Assembly (NCBI GenBank): GCA_045863335.1
Contig: BTVY01000019.1
Location: 1-64,000 of the forward strand
From: Candidatus Hydrogenedentota bacterium
Lineage (GTDB): Bacteria > Hydrogenedentota > Hydrogenedentia > Hydrogenedentales > SLHB01
DNA: 64,000 nucleotides
Direction of reading: 5' to 3'
Shown piece after piece: positions 37,036 to 46,802 of the stretch (position 1 is the first letter of the stretch; every line of letters starts with the position of its first letter). Under the pieces are notes generated by a model, which was given only the letters and a program-made list of their open reading frames with translations, did not search any database and was not told the origin of the DNA. Both the position numbers and the translations under genes were made by a program.

Positions 37036-39419
37036 GAATCGTCTTGGCTCTTATCATGCTGGCCGTGCCGTTTTTGGCGGCGAGTGCGGATGCTCCCTGC
37101 CAATACGCTTTCACCCTCTGGAACTGGGAGAAGGGTTACCGTGACCTGGTATTCTTCCGGAACCAGATCGATGCCTGCGTCGACGCGGGGTTCAACGTGA
37201 TTGAACTGGGTGCCGGATGGCCGGACTGTGAACCCGAACCGGGCCGCTTTGATTTCTCGATGGTCGACGAACGCGTAAGTTACGTCCGCGAAAAAGGATT
37301 AGATATCCGGTTGCGCGTCGACGTGAGCCATTGGCCGGACTGGTTTGAACCGGAGCTGTTTCAGAATCCGGACGGAACGGTTTTCATTCCGGAACGCGGC
37401 TATCTGAGTGTTTTCAGTCATCGCAACCGCGAACATCAGCTTCGGTTCGTGAGCGCACTCGCATCACACTTCGCAAATCGCGGTTTCACGTACACGCCGG
37501 GCTTCAGCGTCCACATGGAGGTCAAATTCGCGGCGTGGAACTCGTACGAGCCCGCGGCCAAGAGCGCGTTTCGCGATTGGTTAGTGGGGCGATACGAATC
37601 CATCGAGGATCTGAATCGGACGTGGCGCACCGGGTTCGGCCATTTCGACGCGATCGACCCCCCGGTGCCCGGCGCGACGTCGGGTGAGCCGGACTTGAGT
37701 CCAGCGGTGCGCGACTGGATTCTGTTCCGGGAACAGGCGCTCCGGAATTGGGTGGAGGGGTTCGCACATACCGTTCGCACGAGCGACGCCTCCGCGAAGA
37801 TCTCCGTGCCACTGGGCGAGAGCTACCGGCGCGAATCCGCAGCCTTTGCCAATCTCGACTACTGGGGGTATTCGCGCGCGGCGGACGAGGTTGTCCACTC
37901 CTATGACTTCTTCTGGCATGGGCCCGGCGGCAAGGCGCAGGTGCAGACTGCCGTTGAGACCATGACTGGGATCACGCAGCTCCCGGTTGTGCTGGAGATT
38001 GACGGCCCCTACGCAATCGAGCACTTTGGATACACAACAGACGACTATGAAGACGTCGGACGGCTGGCGCGCTTGGCCGGTGCCGCGGGGATTCAAGTGA
38101 CGAACTGGGGCAGCACGGATGTCCGCACGCAGGACTGGATGACGCGACTCAGAGAGAGCCTCCGAAATCTTGACGTGGATGACGGTTCGGTCGCACAGCC
38201 GGAAGTCCTCTACTACGTTTCCAAGTGGCAGAATTACGCCCATCGCGAAGCGGACGAATGGCTGTATGGGCGCCAGTTTGGCCTGCTTGGCGCACTGCGC
38301 GCGGCGGGGATTTCCACGCGAGTCGTGACAGACGAGAATATTTTGACCGAGCCGCTCACCGCAGACGCGTTGTTTATCCCCTATGCGCCGCTAATCGACG
38401 CGCCAGTCCGCGATCGGCTTCGTACCCTATCCTATGGTATGCGTGTCGTTTCTCATGACCCGGTTGGTTTGTACACGACAACGGCGAAGACGGAAGGCCA
38501 GTTTGGGGCGAAGATCGAGCGCTTGGATAATGCGTGGCCCGCGGAAAAAGATGCGCTGGGTGCATTGGTTCAGGGGAATGGGGAGTCTCGTCGGCTGCGA
38601 GTTGCGGCTGCGCAGTTTCACACAAAGTTTGATGTGGCCTACAACACGGATCGCATCGTGAATTTATTGTGCGAAGCGGCCGAACGCGATGTGGATGTGG
38701 TCGCATTTACGGAGATGGCGCTTACCGGCTATTCCAAACGGGCCGAGTTCGCGGATTCCATCGACTGGGATTTGATCGACGCGAGTTTTCAACGCATTCG
38801 CGAGTCGTGCCGGGAGTATGGCGTGTACGCGATTCTGGGTGCGCCGACGCGCGACGGGGATGCGTTGTTCTGTTCGGCGATTGCCATCGATCCCTCCGGG
38901 GAGATTATCGATGTTTACGAGAAAACCTTTCTCGCCGGAGAGCAGTGGGCCACGCCGGGCCGGAAGTTCACCATGTTTCCGATTCGCGACGTGCAATGCG
39001 GAACCTTCATCTGTCACGACGAGCGCTATCCGCATTTGGTGCAACTGCGCGCGCTGGCCGGGGCACAGTTGTTCTTTTATATCTCGTGCGAATCCGGCCT
39101 GGCAGACGAACACAAGATAGGCCCCTATCGCGCGCAGATCCAGGCTCGGGCCGTGGAGAATGGCGTGTACATCGTGCATGCGAATACCCCTGCCCGCTCG
39201 GACGACTGGTCCGCGGGAGACGCGTCGCATGGGCAGAGCCGGGTTGTCGCACCGGACGGCAACCTGCTCGCGGAAGGGAGCATGGATGGAGAGGAGCTGG
39301 TTGCCGCCGATATCGATCTGCAACATGCCCGCAAAGGTGGAATGGGTGCGGCGCTCACGTCAGGCCCGGCGGCACAATGGATTCGCGACGGGGTCCAATT
39401 AATCGGCGAGCGGGAGTAG
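37032..39419 (+). CDS. Exported GH42-like glycoside hydrolase fused to a carbon-nitrogen hydrolase
   Basis: WPDCEPEPGRFDF, AFRDWL..RYESIEDLN.TW. C-terminal nitrilase triad FTEMALTGY / YEK / ICHDERY. Confidence 0.82.
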   Translation: MRIVLALIMLAVPFLAASADAPCQYAFTLWNWEKGYRDLVFFRNQIDACVDAGFNVIELGAGWPDCEPEPGRFDFSMVDERVSYVREKGLDIRLRVDVSHWPDWFEPELFQNPDGTVFIPERGYLSVFSHRNREHQLRFVSALASHFANRGFTYTPGFSVHMEVKFAAWNSYEPAAKSAFRDWLVGRYESIEDLNRTWRTGFGHFDAIDPPVPGATSGEPDLSPAVRDWILFREQALRNWVEGFAHTVRTSDASAKISVPLGESYRRESAAFANLDYWGYSRAADEVVHSYDFFWHGPGGKAQVQTAVETMTGITQLPVVLEIDGPYAIEHFGYTTDDYEDVGRLARLAGAAGIQVTNWGSTDVRTQDWMTRLRESLRNLDVDDGSVAQPEVLYYVSKWQNYAHREADEWLYGRQFGLLGALRAAGISTRVVTDENILTEPLTADALFIPYAPLIDAPVRDRLRTLSYGMRVVSHDPVGLYTTTAKTEGQFGAKIERLDNAWPAEKDALGALVQGNGESRRLRVAAAQFHTKFDVAYNTDRIVNLLCEAAERDVDVVAFTEMALTGYSKRAEFADSIDWDLIDASFQRIRESCREYGVYAILGAPTRDGDALFCSAIAIDPSGEIIDVYEKTFLAGEQWATPGRKFTMFPIRDVQCGTFICHDERYPHLVQLRALAGAQLFFYISCESGLADEHKIGPYRAQIQARAVENGVYIVHANTPARSDDWSAGDASHGQSRVVAPDGNLLAEGSMDGEELVAADIDLQHARKGGMGAALTSGPAAQWIRDGVQLIGERE

Positions 39420-41993
39420 GCCGGGCGCCGCGCCCGTCGGTCCGTTCGGCGTCAGATCCGCCCCGTCGAGCGTGCCGTCGCCGTCGGTGTCCGGATTCAA
39501 TGGGTCGACATCGACTCCGTCGGGCACACCGTCTCCATCGGTGTCGGGATCCAGACGGTCCGTTTCCCCGGGATCGACGACGCCGTCCTGATCGGGGTCT
39601 TCCCGGTCGTCCGCAAAGCCGTCGTCGTCGAGGTCCTGAACGTCCACGCCAGCATCGCCGAGCCACGCGAACAAGTCCGCCGCGAACTGTCTATCCTCCA
39701 TCGCCTCCAGATTTTGTGATTCGAGCGGTTCGCGCGACGCGAGCACCGCAATCCGGCCGGAACCCAACCTTCGAGCCGCGAAACCGGCGTATCGGCCATC
39801 GGGAGTGGCCATCAGCACTTGCCACGGCGGTTCGGCCTGAAGCGCGACCGCTTCCGATACGCGCCACGACCTCGTCTCTCGGGTGAGGGGGGTGTTCGCG
39901 GCGCGCACGAATTGTCCGGGTGCCGATCCATTGGGAATCAGCAGCAAGCCAGCGGGCCCGAGCCAGCGCGCGACGCGCTCGCGATTCGGTTCATTTACGG
40001 ATTGCGGGAGGTAGACCAGCGCGCCTCCGCGGGAAACATAGTCGAGCACCGCTTGCCGCGTTACCATGCCGGTGACGACTGCCTCCGAGTCAAGCACCAC
40101 GACCGCGTATGGCGTCAGCGGCGTCGCGATCGGAACTTCAGCCAGATGATGGCTGAAGTGTAGCGGCGGCGCGGCGAGAAGATCGGCCAACATTTTGAAT
40201 CCCAGAGGGTCGCTTGTGTGGCGGAGATCGTTCCTGGTCGGGCGCCCCAAAACCCAAAGCACTCTCCGAACCAGTGGATGGGACGGAGCGACCCGCACCG
40301 CAATGCGGTATTGCTGGCGCGCGCCGTCTGGCGAATCCGGATCGAGATACAAGTTGATCGAACCGGAAGCGGTCGAACCTCGTTCGTACAACTGTTTGTC
40401 CACGCCCATAAGAAACCAGCCGCGTCCATTACCGGTTTGCGGGTACAGGCTGAGCCAGGGGATCTGGCGGCGATCCCAGTCGACGCGCCATCGTGTCTGG
40501 GCGTCATCCGGGATGACCTGCACGGCGCGCAATTCGCTTCCTGCGGATTCGCCCCGGAGCCGGACAAAGTGCGGCGGTGGAACTTCCAACGCCGCCATGC
40601 TTTCCACCGCGTCCGAATCGTACAACGGAGTGCCGGCGAGTGGCACGATTGCGTTGATGATGCCTGTTTGAATCGCGGTCACAAGTCGCGGCTTCATTTC
40701 GCCAGTCACGGGTTCGATGGCGTGGACGCGGTTGGCTTCCCCCGCGAGAAGGGAATGGCCCGCCCACGCCAGCGCATTCACTCTCGACTCGAACCGAAAG
40801 GGCGTTCCTCCGGGGGCGCCGCCCGGCCAGACTTCAACGCGGTTTCCGATGGCAACGGCCACGGCGCTTCCTGTCCGTGCTACAGCGAGCAGCAACGGTC
40901 CATCCGTTCCTGTGAAAGGATACTCGGCGAGCTTCTCAATTCCGGACACGCTGGCTCGCAGTTGGGTCAGGTAGGCAAATCCGCTATGCGGCTCACGCGT
41001 GGAGACCCAGAACGTGCCGTCGCCGGATACTTGGACCGGCGTTAATTCGGGATTGGCAACTCCTTTAAGTTCGAGAATGGACCCCGCGGCTTCCCACGTG
41101 TCCGGATCAACGGCGCACACCCGCGTGGCGTCGCTGAACGATTGACGGTCGGAACCGGGACCCGTGGCGAGGACAACGATCTCTCCGGTCGCCGATGTCT
41201 GGACCAGAGCGGCCGGCGTATATTCGGGATGACCGGGGTAGAGGTCCAGGCGCTCCATGACAACTTCTCCGCGCTCGAGATCGCGCACATGGAGAACAGC
41301 GCCTTCGGGGCCAGTCCCGCACAGAACCGCTACATCGTTTCGCCCGGCCAACACGATCGCCGCAGCCGGACTTCCCGGAAGCAACCACGACGCGGCTTTC
41401 TCGACGATAGTCGCAGGACGTTCTCGCGTTAACCTGTGAACTTCCACGCGGCCCGGCCCGACAGATTCCGGATTCTGCGGCGTGGTCAGTGTGACGAGCA
41501 GTGGGTTTCGTTCGTTCTCCGGCGGGACTAAGGCTGCCGCCCGGTGTGACCAGCCAACGTCGGATATCGACCAAGAAAAGGGCGCGAGATACCCCGTCGC
41601 GTCATCAACCAAGGTGACGAAGGTGGCGGAGGGGGCCGTACTGTCGGTATAGCGTTCTTCCGTGGTGATGGCGACGGATGAGTAAGTCTCCGAACACAGC
41701 GGAAATCCGAGAGGCCGGTTTCCAGGCAACAGCATTGGGGATGAAATCGCCTCTCCGGACCCGATATCGAGGGCCTGAGTATAGACGCGCGCCGCTTCGC
41801 CCATAGCGTCGAGAGTGGTCGTCTCGATGAGCGCAACGGGTCCTCCCGTCACGAATTCTGGACCTTGCGGTTGCGCGAGGGACGCGCATGCCACGCAGAG
41901 AAGAAACGCAAGAAACGCAACGGCAGGGTTCACCGAGAAAGTGCGACGTTTCCTTCGCTCATCGTATCTCCATTTGTCCGCGCGTAAGGCCAT
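39399..41993 (-). CDS. Large exported multidomain protein with C-terminal Ca-binding (TSP3-like) repeats
   Basis: Signal-peptide-like segment, beta-rich region, BACON-like PWLSL motif, GATase-like DYVSRGGALV, and DTDGDG repeats. Start uncertain. Confidence 0.7.
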   Translation of the reverse strand: MALRADKWRYDERRKRRTFSVNPAVAFLAFLLCVACASLAQPQGPEFVTGGPVALIETTTLDAMGEAARVYTQALDIGSGEAISSPMLLPGNRPLGFPLCSETYSSVAITTEERYTDSTAPSATFVTLVDDATGYLAPFSWSISDVGWSHRAAALVPPENERNPLLVTLTTPQNPESVGPGRVEVHRLTRERPATIVEKAASWLLPGSPAAAIVLAGRNDVAVLCGTGPEGAVLHVRDLERGEVVMERLDLYPGHPEYTPAALVQTSATGEIVVLATGPGSDRQSFSDATRVCAVDPDTWEAAGSILELKGVANPELTPVQVSGDGTFWVSTREPHSGFAYLTQLRASVSGIEKLAEYPFTGTDGPLLLAVARTGSAVAVAIGNRVEVWPGGAPGGTPFRFESRVNALAWAGHSLLAGEANRVHAIEPVTGEMKPRLVTAIQTGIINAIVPLAGTPLYDSDAVESMAALEVPPPHFVRLRGESAGSELRAVQVIPDDAQTRWRVDWDRRQIPWLSLYPQTGNGRGWFLMGVDKQLYERGSTASGSINLYLDPDSPDGARQQYRIAVRVAPSHPLVRRVLWVLGRPTRNDLRHTSDPLGFKMLADLLAAPPLHFSHHLAEVPIATPLTPYAVVVLDSEAVVTGMVTRQAVLDYVSRGGALVYLPQSVNEPNRERVARWLGPAGLLLIPNGSAPGQFVRAANTPLTRETRSWRVSEAVALQAEPPWQVLMATPDGRYAGFAARRLGSGRIAVLASREPLESQNLEAMEDRQFAADLFAWLGDAGVDVQDLDDDGFADDREDPDQDGVVDPGETDRLDPDTDGDGVPDGVDVDPLNPDTDGDGTLDGADLTPNGPTGAAPGLLPLAD

Positions 41994-42037
41994 AGGACGG
42001 CATCATAAACGAGATCCGGCACGGGAAGCTCGCGAGA

Positions 42038-42670
42038 CTAGGAATCCCAGTTCTGCTCGAGATGATTCAGCGGCCGCCTGCGGGCGGGGTTCGTCGGCAC
42101 CAGGACACGGCGTTCAATCGCGCGGACCAAGGCGTGGGCTTCGTCTTCAAAAAAGCCGATCCCGAAATACTGCGGCACACCCTGGTAATCAAAGGCGACA
42201 CAGCAGCCGCCACCGCCGCGCCAGTTGATCATATTCAGATGCGTCTCTGGAGTGGGGGGGAGCAATTCGACCCGAAGGTCGCGGACGAATAGCAGGTCAA
42301 ACTCTGTCTTGCGTCCGATTCCCAGAATGTCGCGTTCGATCGTGATCTTCTTCTCGTCGGCCGCAATGGTTTCGCCGCCGCCAACCATCCAGAGCCACCA
42401 GTAAAGAATGCAACCGCATCCTACGGCCATGCCGAATACAGCGGCCAAGGCAGGAATTCCCTGTGTGGTCATCGCCTCGTACCGAACCAGACGGTCGATT
42501 CCGTAGAGCACGGCAAGACAACACGCCGCGAGGAAGAACATGGCCGGGGCGGACACGAGCCAGGTGCTTTTGACCGGGATGGATATCCGGTATCCGTCGG
42601 GGCGATTGAATACATAAAATGGTGGCGTCGCCCGGGCGAAGGACTTTAACGGCGCTGCAGCTAATGCCAT
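42038..42670 (-). CDS. Hypothetical membrane protein
   Basis: Two TM helices followed by a beta-rich domain ending AFDYQG...FG. Confidence 0.65.
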   Translation of the reverse strand: MALAAAPLKSFARATPPFYVFNRPDGYRISIPVKSTWLVSAPAMFFLAACCLAVLYGIDRLVRYEAMTTQGIPALAAVFGMAVGCGCILYWWLWMVGGGETIAADEKKITIERDILGIGRKTEFDLLFVRDLRVELLPPTPETHLNMINWRGGGGCCVAFDYQGVPQYFGIGFFEDEAHALVRAIERRVLVPTNPARRRPLNHLEQNWDS

Positions 42671-42806
42671 CGGTCTAATCCCTTGCAGGTTTGGTGCTAC
42701 CGTGGCTGACTCGGGATGGCGTCATTGCTTCCCCTGTCCCTCTTGTACCACATTTTCGAAGTTTTGCCTATCCGGTAAGGGATGCGCGGGGCGGAGCGCA
42801 CTCGAA

Positions 42807-43808
42807 TCAGGATGATCCCTTGAACTGATCAAGCAGCACTGCCGCCAGAATTACGACGCCCAAGATTACCTGCTGGCCGAAGCTCTCCATGCCGATCCAG
42901 GTAAGCCCCGTGGCCAGGACGGCAATGATCAGGAGGCCAATGAACGTGCCCATGATCGTGCCGCGCCCGCCCGTGAGGCTGGTGCCCCCCACGACGACCG
43001 CGGCTATGACCTGCAATTCGTCGCCCACGCCCACGGTGGGATCGCCGGACCGCAGTTTGGACGACAGCATAAGTCCTCCCAAAACCGACAGCACGCTGCT
43101 CATGCAATAGACGGCGAGCTTCACGCGGTTCACGGGTACGCCGCTCAACCGGGCGGATTCTTCGCCGCCACCGATGGCCCGCACTTCGCGTCCGAACCGC
43201 GTCGTGTTCAGCAGGATGCCTCCGGCGATGAACACGATCAGCATGACCACCACGCCCACGGGGACGTGCCCGGCAATCGTGTACCGGCCCAAGAAGATGT
43301 AGTTCGCGGGCAAGTCGCTTACCGGGGTGCCCTGCACGAGCAGGTAGCCGGCCCCGCGCATGGAACTCATGACCGCGAGGGTCGCGATAAACGGTGGAAT
43401 CTTGAACCGCGTAATGAACAACCCCGATACGCAACCGGTCGCGAGTCCCGCGGTCATGGCGGCCAGCCATCCGCTAGCCAGGGCCCACGCGGAATCGCCG
43501 CCGATGGCGCGGGTGACGAGCGCGCCAACGACCCCGCCGAAGGCAATCATGGATCCTACCGAGAGATCGATTCCACCGGTGATGATGACGAAGGTCATGC
43601 CCACGGAGACCACGCCATAAATGGCGGATTGGTTCAGAATCAGAATGAGGTTATCGACGGAAAGAAAGGGGCGAATGCCCTGGTACCGGGCGATGCCTTC
43701 AAACACGGCACACTCGATGGCGAGCGCGAATAGCAGAAACCCGTAGATTCGCAAGAACTGGCCTGTGGCCGCAGAAGAAGAAGGAGTTTCATTCGTCGCA
43801 GTCACCAT
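42807..43808 (-). CDS. Sugar ABC transporter permease (RbsC-like)
   Basis: GGIDLSVGS, TRFGR..AIGGGEESARLSG, AAVVVGGTSL. TGATG overlap with the ATPase gene. Confidence 0.93.
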   Translation of the reverse strand: MVTATNETPSSSAATGQFLRIYGFLLFALAIECAVFEGIARYQGIRPFLSVDNLILILNQSAIYGVVSVGMTFVIITGGIDLSVGSMIAFGGVVGALVTRAIGGDSAWALASGWLAAMTAGLATGCVSGLFITRFKIPPFIATLAVMSSMRGAGYLLVQGTPVSDLPANYIFLGRYTIAGHVPVGVVVMLIVFIAGGILLNTTRFGREVRAIGGGEESARLSGVPVNRVKLAVYCMSSVLSVLGGLMLSSKLRSGDPTVGVGDELQVIAAVVVGGTSLTGGRGTIMGTFIGLLIIAVLATGLTWIGMESFGQQVILGVVILAAVLLDQFKGSS

Positions 43809-45316
43809 CAGGCCATTGCGGCGAGGGTCTCGCCGGTGGCCAACTGCATGATGCGCTCCTGCGTGGCTTCGTCGCGCGGCAGTTCGCCGGCCAGATGACC
43901 TTCGTGCATGACCAAAACCCGGTCGCACATGCCCAGCACTTCGGGAAGTTCGCTCGAAATCATCAGGATGCACACGCCCTTCCGCACGAGATCGTTCATG
44001 AGCCGGTAGATCTCAACCTTCGCGCCCACGTCGATGCCCCGTGTGGGTTCGTCGAAGATGAGCACCTTTGATTCTGTGAAGAGCCACTTCGCGAGCACGA
44101 CCTTCTGCTGATTGCCGCCGCTCAGGTTCTGTGCGGTCTGTTCGATCGACGGTGTTTTGATTTGCAGGTCCTGGACGTAGCTAAGGGTAACCAAGCGCTC
44201 GCGTTTCCGGTTGACAAACAGGCCGCGCACGAGCGACGCAAGATTGGCGAGGGTCGTGTTTTCGCGGACCGTCATGCCCAGGATCAGGCCCTGATTCTTG
44301 CGGTCCTCGGTCAAGAGGCCGATGCCGTGGTGAATCGCGTCCTGCGGCGAACGCACCGCGATCGATTTGCCATCGAGAACGATTTGCCCGCCGTCAATCC
44401 GATCGGCGCCAAATATGGCCCGTGCGACCTCCGTACGCCCGGCGCCCACGAGACCGGTCAGGCCGACGATCTCGCCACGGTGCAACGAGAAACTGACGTC
44501 TTGAAACGCACCGGTTCGCGTCAAGCCTTCGACGCGAAGCCGTTCTTCGCCGAGTTCGAAAAGCTCCTTGGGGAATTCGTGGGTGAGTTCGCGGCCCACC
44601 ATCATCTTGATGATGTCTTCGCGGGTAACTTCCGAAACGGGTTTGGTGGAGATGTACTCGCCGTCCCGCATGACGGTGACGCGATCGCCGATGGCGAAGA
44701 TCTCCTCGAGCCGGTGGGAGATGTAGATCATTCCGATCCCTTGTTCCTTCAGCTCGCGAATCAGTGCGAACAGGGCGTCCAGCTCGTGATCCGTTAAGGT
44801 CGCCGACGGCTCATCCATCACGATGATTTTCGAGTTGAAGGAAAGCGCCTTGCCGATCTCGATCATCTGTTGCTGGGCAACGCTGCATTCGTTGACAGGT
44901 TTGCGCACGTCGAGGTTCACGCGAATGCGGCCCAGAATCTCGCGCGCGTCCTGGTACATCTTCGACCAGTTGATGAAAGGCGTCTTGCCGAGACGCGGTT
45001 CCCGCCCCAGAAAAATGTTTTCCGCCACGCTGAGGAAGGGACTCAGGTTGAATTCCTGATAAATCATACTGATGCCCAACTGCTGGGCATGGTGTGGATT
45101 GTGAATGGAGATGGACTCACCGGAAAGAAGAATCTCGCCGGAATCCGCGGGTTGTGCGCCCGACAGGATCTTCATGAGTGTCGACTTGCCCGCGCCGTTC
45201 TCTCCGACGAGGCAATGCACTTCGCCGGGCCGCAGATTCAGTTGGCCGTTTTTCACCGCGACGACACCGGGAAACCGCTTCACGATGTCTTTCATCTCAA
45301 GTACGTATTCACTCAT
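43808..45316 (-). CDS. Sugar ABC transporter ATP-binding protein (RbsA-like)
   Basis: GENGAGKST, MDEPS, LSGGNQQK, DEPTRGIDVGAK. Confidence 0.95.
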   Translation of the reverse strand: MSEYVLEMKDIVKRFPGVVAVKNGQLNLRPGEVHCLVGENGAGKSTLMKILSGAQPADSGEILLSGESISIHNPHHAQQLGISMIYQEFNLSPFLSVAENIFLGREPRLGKTPFINWSKMYQDAREILGRIRVNLDVRKPVNECSVAQQQMIEIGKALSFNSKIIVMDEPSATLTDHELDALFALIRELKEQGIGMIYISHRLEEIFAIGDRVTVMRDGEYISTKPVSEVTREDIIKMMVGRELTHEFPKELFELGEERLRVEGLTRTGAFQDVSFSLHRGEIVGLTGLVGAGRTEVARAIFGADRIDGGQIVLDGKSIAVRSPQDAIHHGIGLLTEDRKNQGLILGMTVRENTTLANLASLVRGLFVNRKRERLVTLSYVQDLQIKTPSIEQTAQNLSGGNQQKVVLAKWLFTESKVLIFDEPTRGIDVGAKVEIYRLMNDLVRKGVCILMISSELPEVLGMCDRVLVMHEGHLAGELPRDEATQERIMQLATGETLAAMA

Positions 45317-46260
45317 CCGTTCTGCTCCGCCAGGAGGCTCTCCCGGTCGATGACGTTTACCTGCACGGGGATAACTTTGGGTACTTCCTCGCCCGCGAAG
45401 TGGGCCGCGATGGTTTCGATCGTTGTCTTGCCGATTTCAACAGGATGCTGGACCGTGTCGGCCTTCAAGGCCTTGCCCGCCAGGATCGTCTCCCGGGCTT
45501 CGGGCGTGCCGTCATATCCCACGATGACGACTTTGTCCTGCAGTCCCGCAGACTCCAGCGCCGCCAGCGCGCCCAGCGCCGAATCGTCGTTAATGCCGAA
45601 GATGGCGTCTAGGTCGGGATTGGCCTGAATGACATCCATCGCGGCGCGCATGGCTTTGTCTCGCACACCCCCGCCGGGGGCCCGCTGCACGATTTCGATT
45701 TCCGGATACTTGGCCAGGGCCTCATCAAATCCTGCGACGCGTTCCTGCACGGATGCCGTTTCGGGCTGGTCGATGATGGCGACCTTGCCTTTTCCGTTCA
45801 GCAGTTTGGCCAGGTATTCGCCGATAAGGCGGCCACCCTGCACGTTGTCGGAGGCGATGTGAGACACGACGTCCACGCCGTGTGCGGCGATATCGACCGT
45901 GAAAACCGGAACTCCCGCCGCCTGTACGTCCTGGATGGCGGGCGCGATGCCCGCAGAGTCTTTCGGGGCCACAATGACGGCGTCCACGCCCTGCTGCACA
46001 AAGGTCTCGAGTTGGTTGACCTGTTTCGGCCCGTTGAACTCGGCGTATTGAATCCGGAGCGTGATGCCTTTCTCAGCCGCCGTTTCCTCCATCGCGCCGA
46101 CAAGATCCCGATAGAATTGGTGGCTTTGGGTCAATAGCGAGGCTCCGACGATCTTGTTCGCCGGTTTTTGCGGATCGGCGGTAGCGGACGGGGTGGTACC
46201 TTCTGGACTGCAGCCAAGCGTGGCGGCGGCTGCGGCAAGTATCAACAGACTTCGGATCAT
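45313..46260 (-). CDS. Sugar ABC substrate-binding lipoprotein (RbsB-like)
   Basis: Lipobox TLGC, IASDNVQGG, ERVAGF, INDDSALGA, VGYDG. Confidence 0.93.
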   Translation of the reverse strand: MIRSLLILAAAAATLGCSPEGTTPSATADPQKPANKIVGASLLTQSHQFYRDLVGAMEETAAEKGITLRIQYAEFNGPKQVNQLETFVQQGVDAVIVAPKDSAGIAPAIQDVQAAGVPVFTVDIAAHGVDVVSHIASDNVQGGRLIGEYLAKLLNGKGKVAIIDQPETASVQERVAGFDEALAKYPEIEIVQRAPGGGVRDKAMRAAMDVIQANPDLDAIFGINDDSALGALAALESAGLQDKVVIVGYDGTPEARETILAGKALKADTVQHPVEIGKTTIETIAAHFAGEEVPKVIPVQVNVIDRESLLAEQNG

Positions 46261-46565
46261 CTTGGCGGCTCCTCCCAGTAAGCGTGTACTCTACTGCTTC
46301 CGCACGTATCGTGCAACCTGCCGTGCAGATCTGTAGAGCAATCGCATGGGCCGGAATTGAGCGCTACAACCAAGCGACGAATCTGTTTCATGTCATTTGG
46401 TCCTCAGAAGATGCGTAACGCCGCCCGAATTCGCTTGTATCGTCTGGTGGAGTGACCGGGCGGAGTACCAGGGGCGTACCACCCTCCATCTTCCCCGTCC
46501 ACCCGAGGACCTGGCATTGGCAGGTACCGATGCATTTGAGAGTACCAAAAAGGAGGAAAGAAACG

Positions 46566-46706
46566 ATGCTTCCAGAACAATTGTGCGACATTTTGGCCCA
46601 GATTTTTGGCGCCCTCGCGGGCATTCCGGTTATCGGCGGCGTGTTCGAGCGTCTGCTGGGGATCCTGGACGAGTTCTGCCCGCCCGAAGAAGAGGCCGCA
46701 GGCTAG
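46566..46706 (+). CDS. Small 46-aa amphipathic two-Cys peptide
   Basis: AAGGAGG upstream of ATG 46566. Sequence MLPEQLCDILAQIFGALAGIPVIGGVFERLLGILDEFCPPEEEAAG, with its own terminator. Confidence 0.7.
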   Translation: MLPEQLCDILAQIFGALAGIPVIGGVFERLLGILDEFCPPEEEAAG

Positions 46707-46725
46707 TCGCTGCCGAATGCTGTAC

Positions 46726-46765
46726 GACGCGGAGTAGGCTCAACCGCCTGCTCCGCGTCCCTTTT
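46726..46765 (+). terminator. Rho-independent terminator
   Basis: GACGCGGAGTAGGC/GCCTGCTCCGCGTC stem followed by CCTTTT. Confidence 0.7.
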
Positions 46766-46802
46766 GTTGCGCCGGTCGAACGGTGACGCGTACGATGCCC
46801 GC

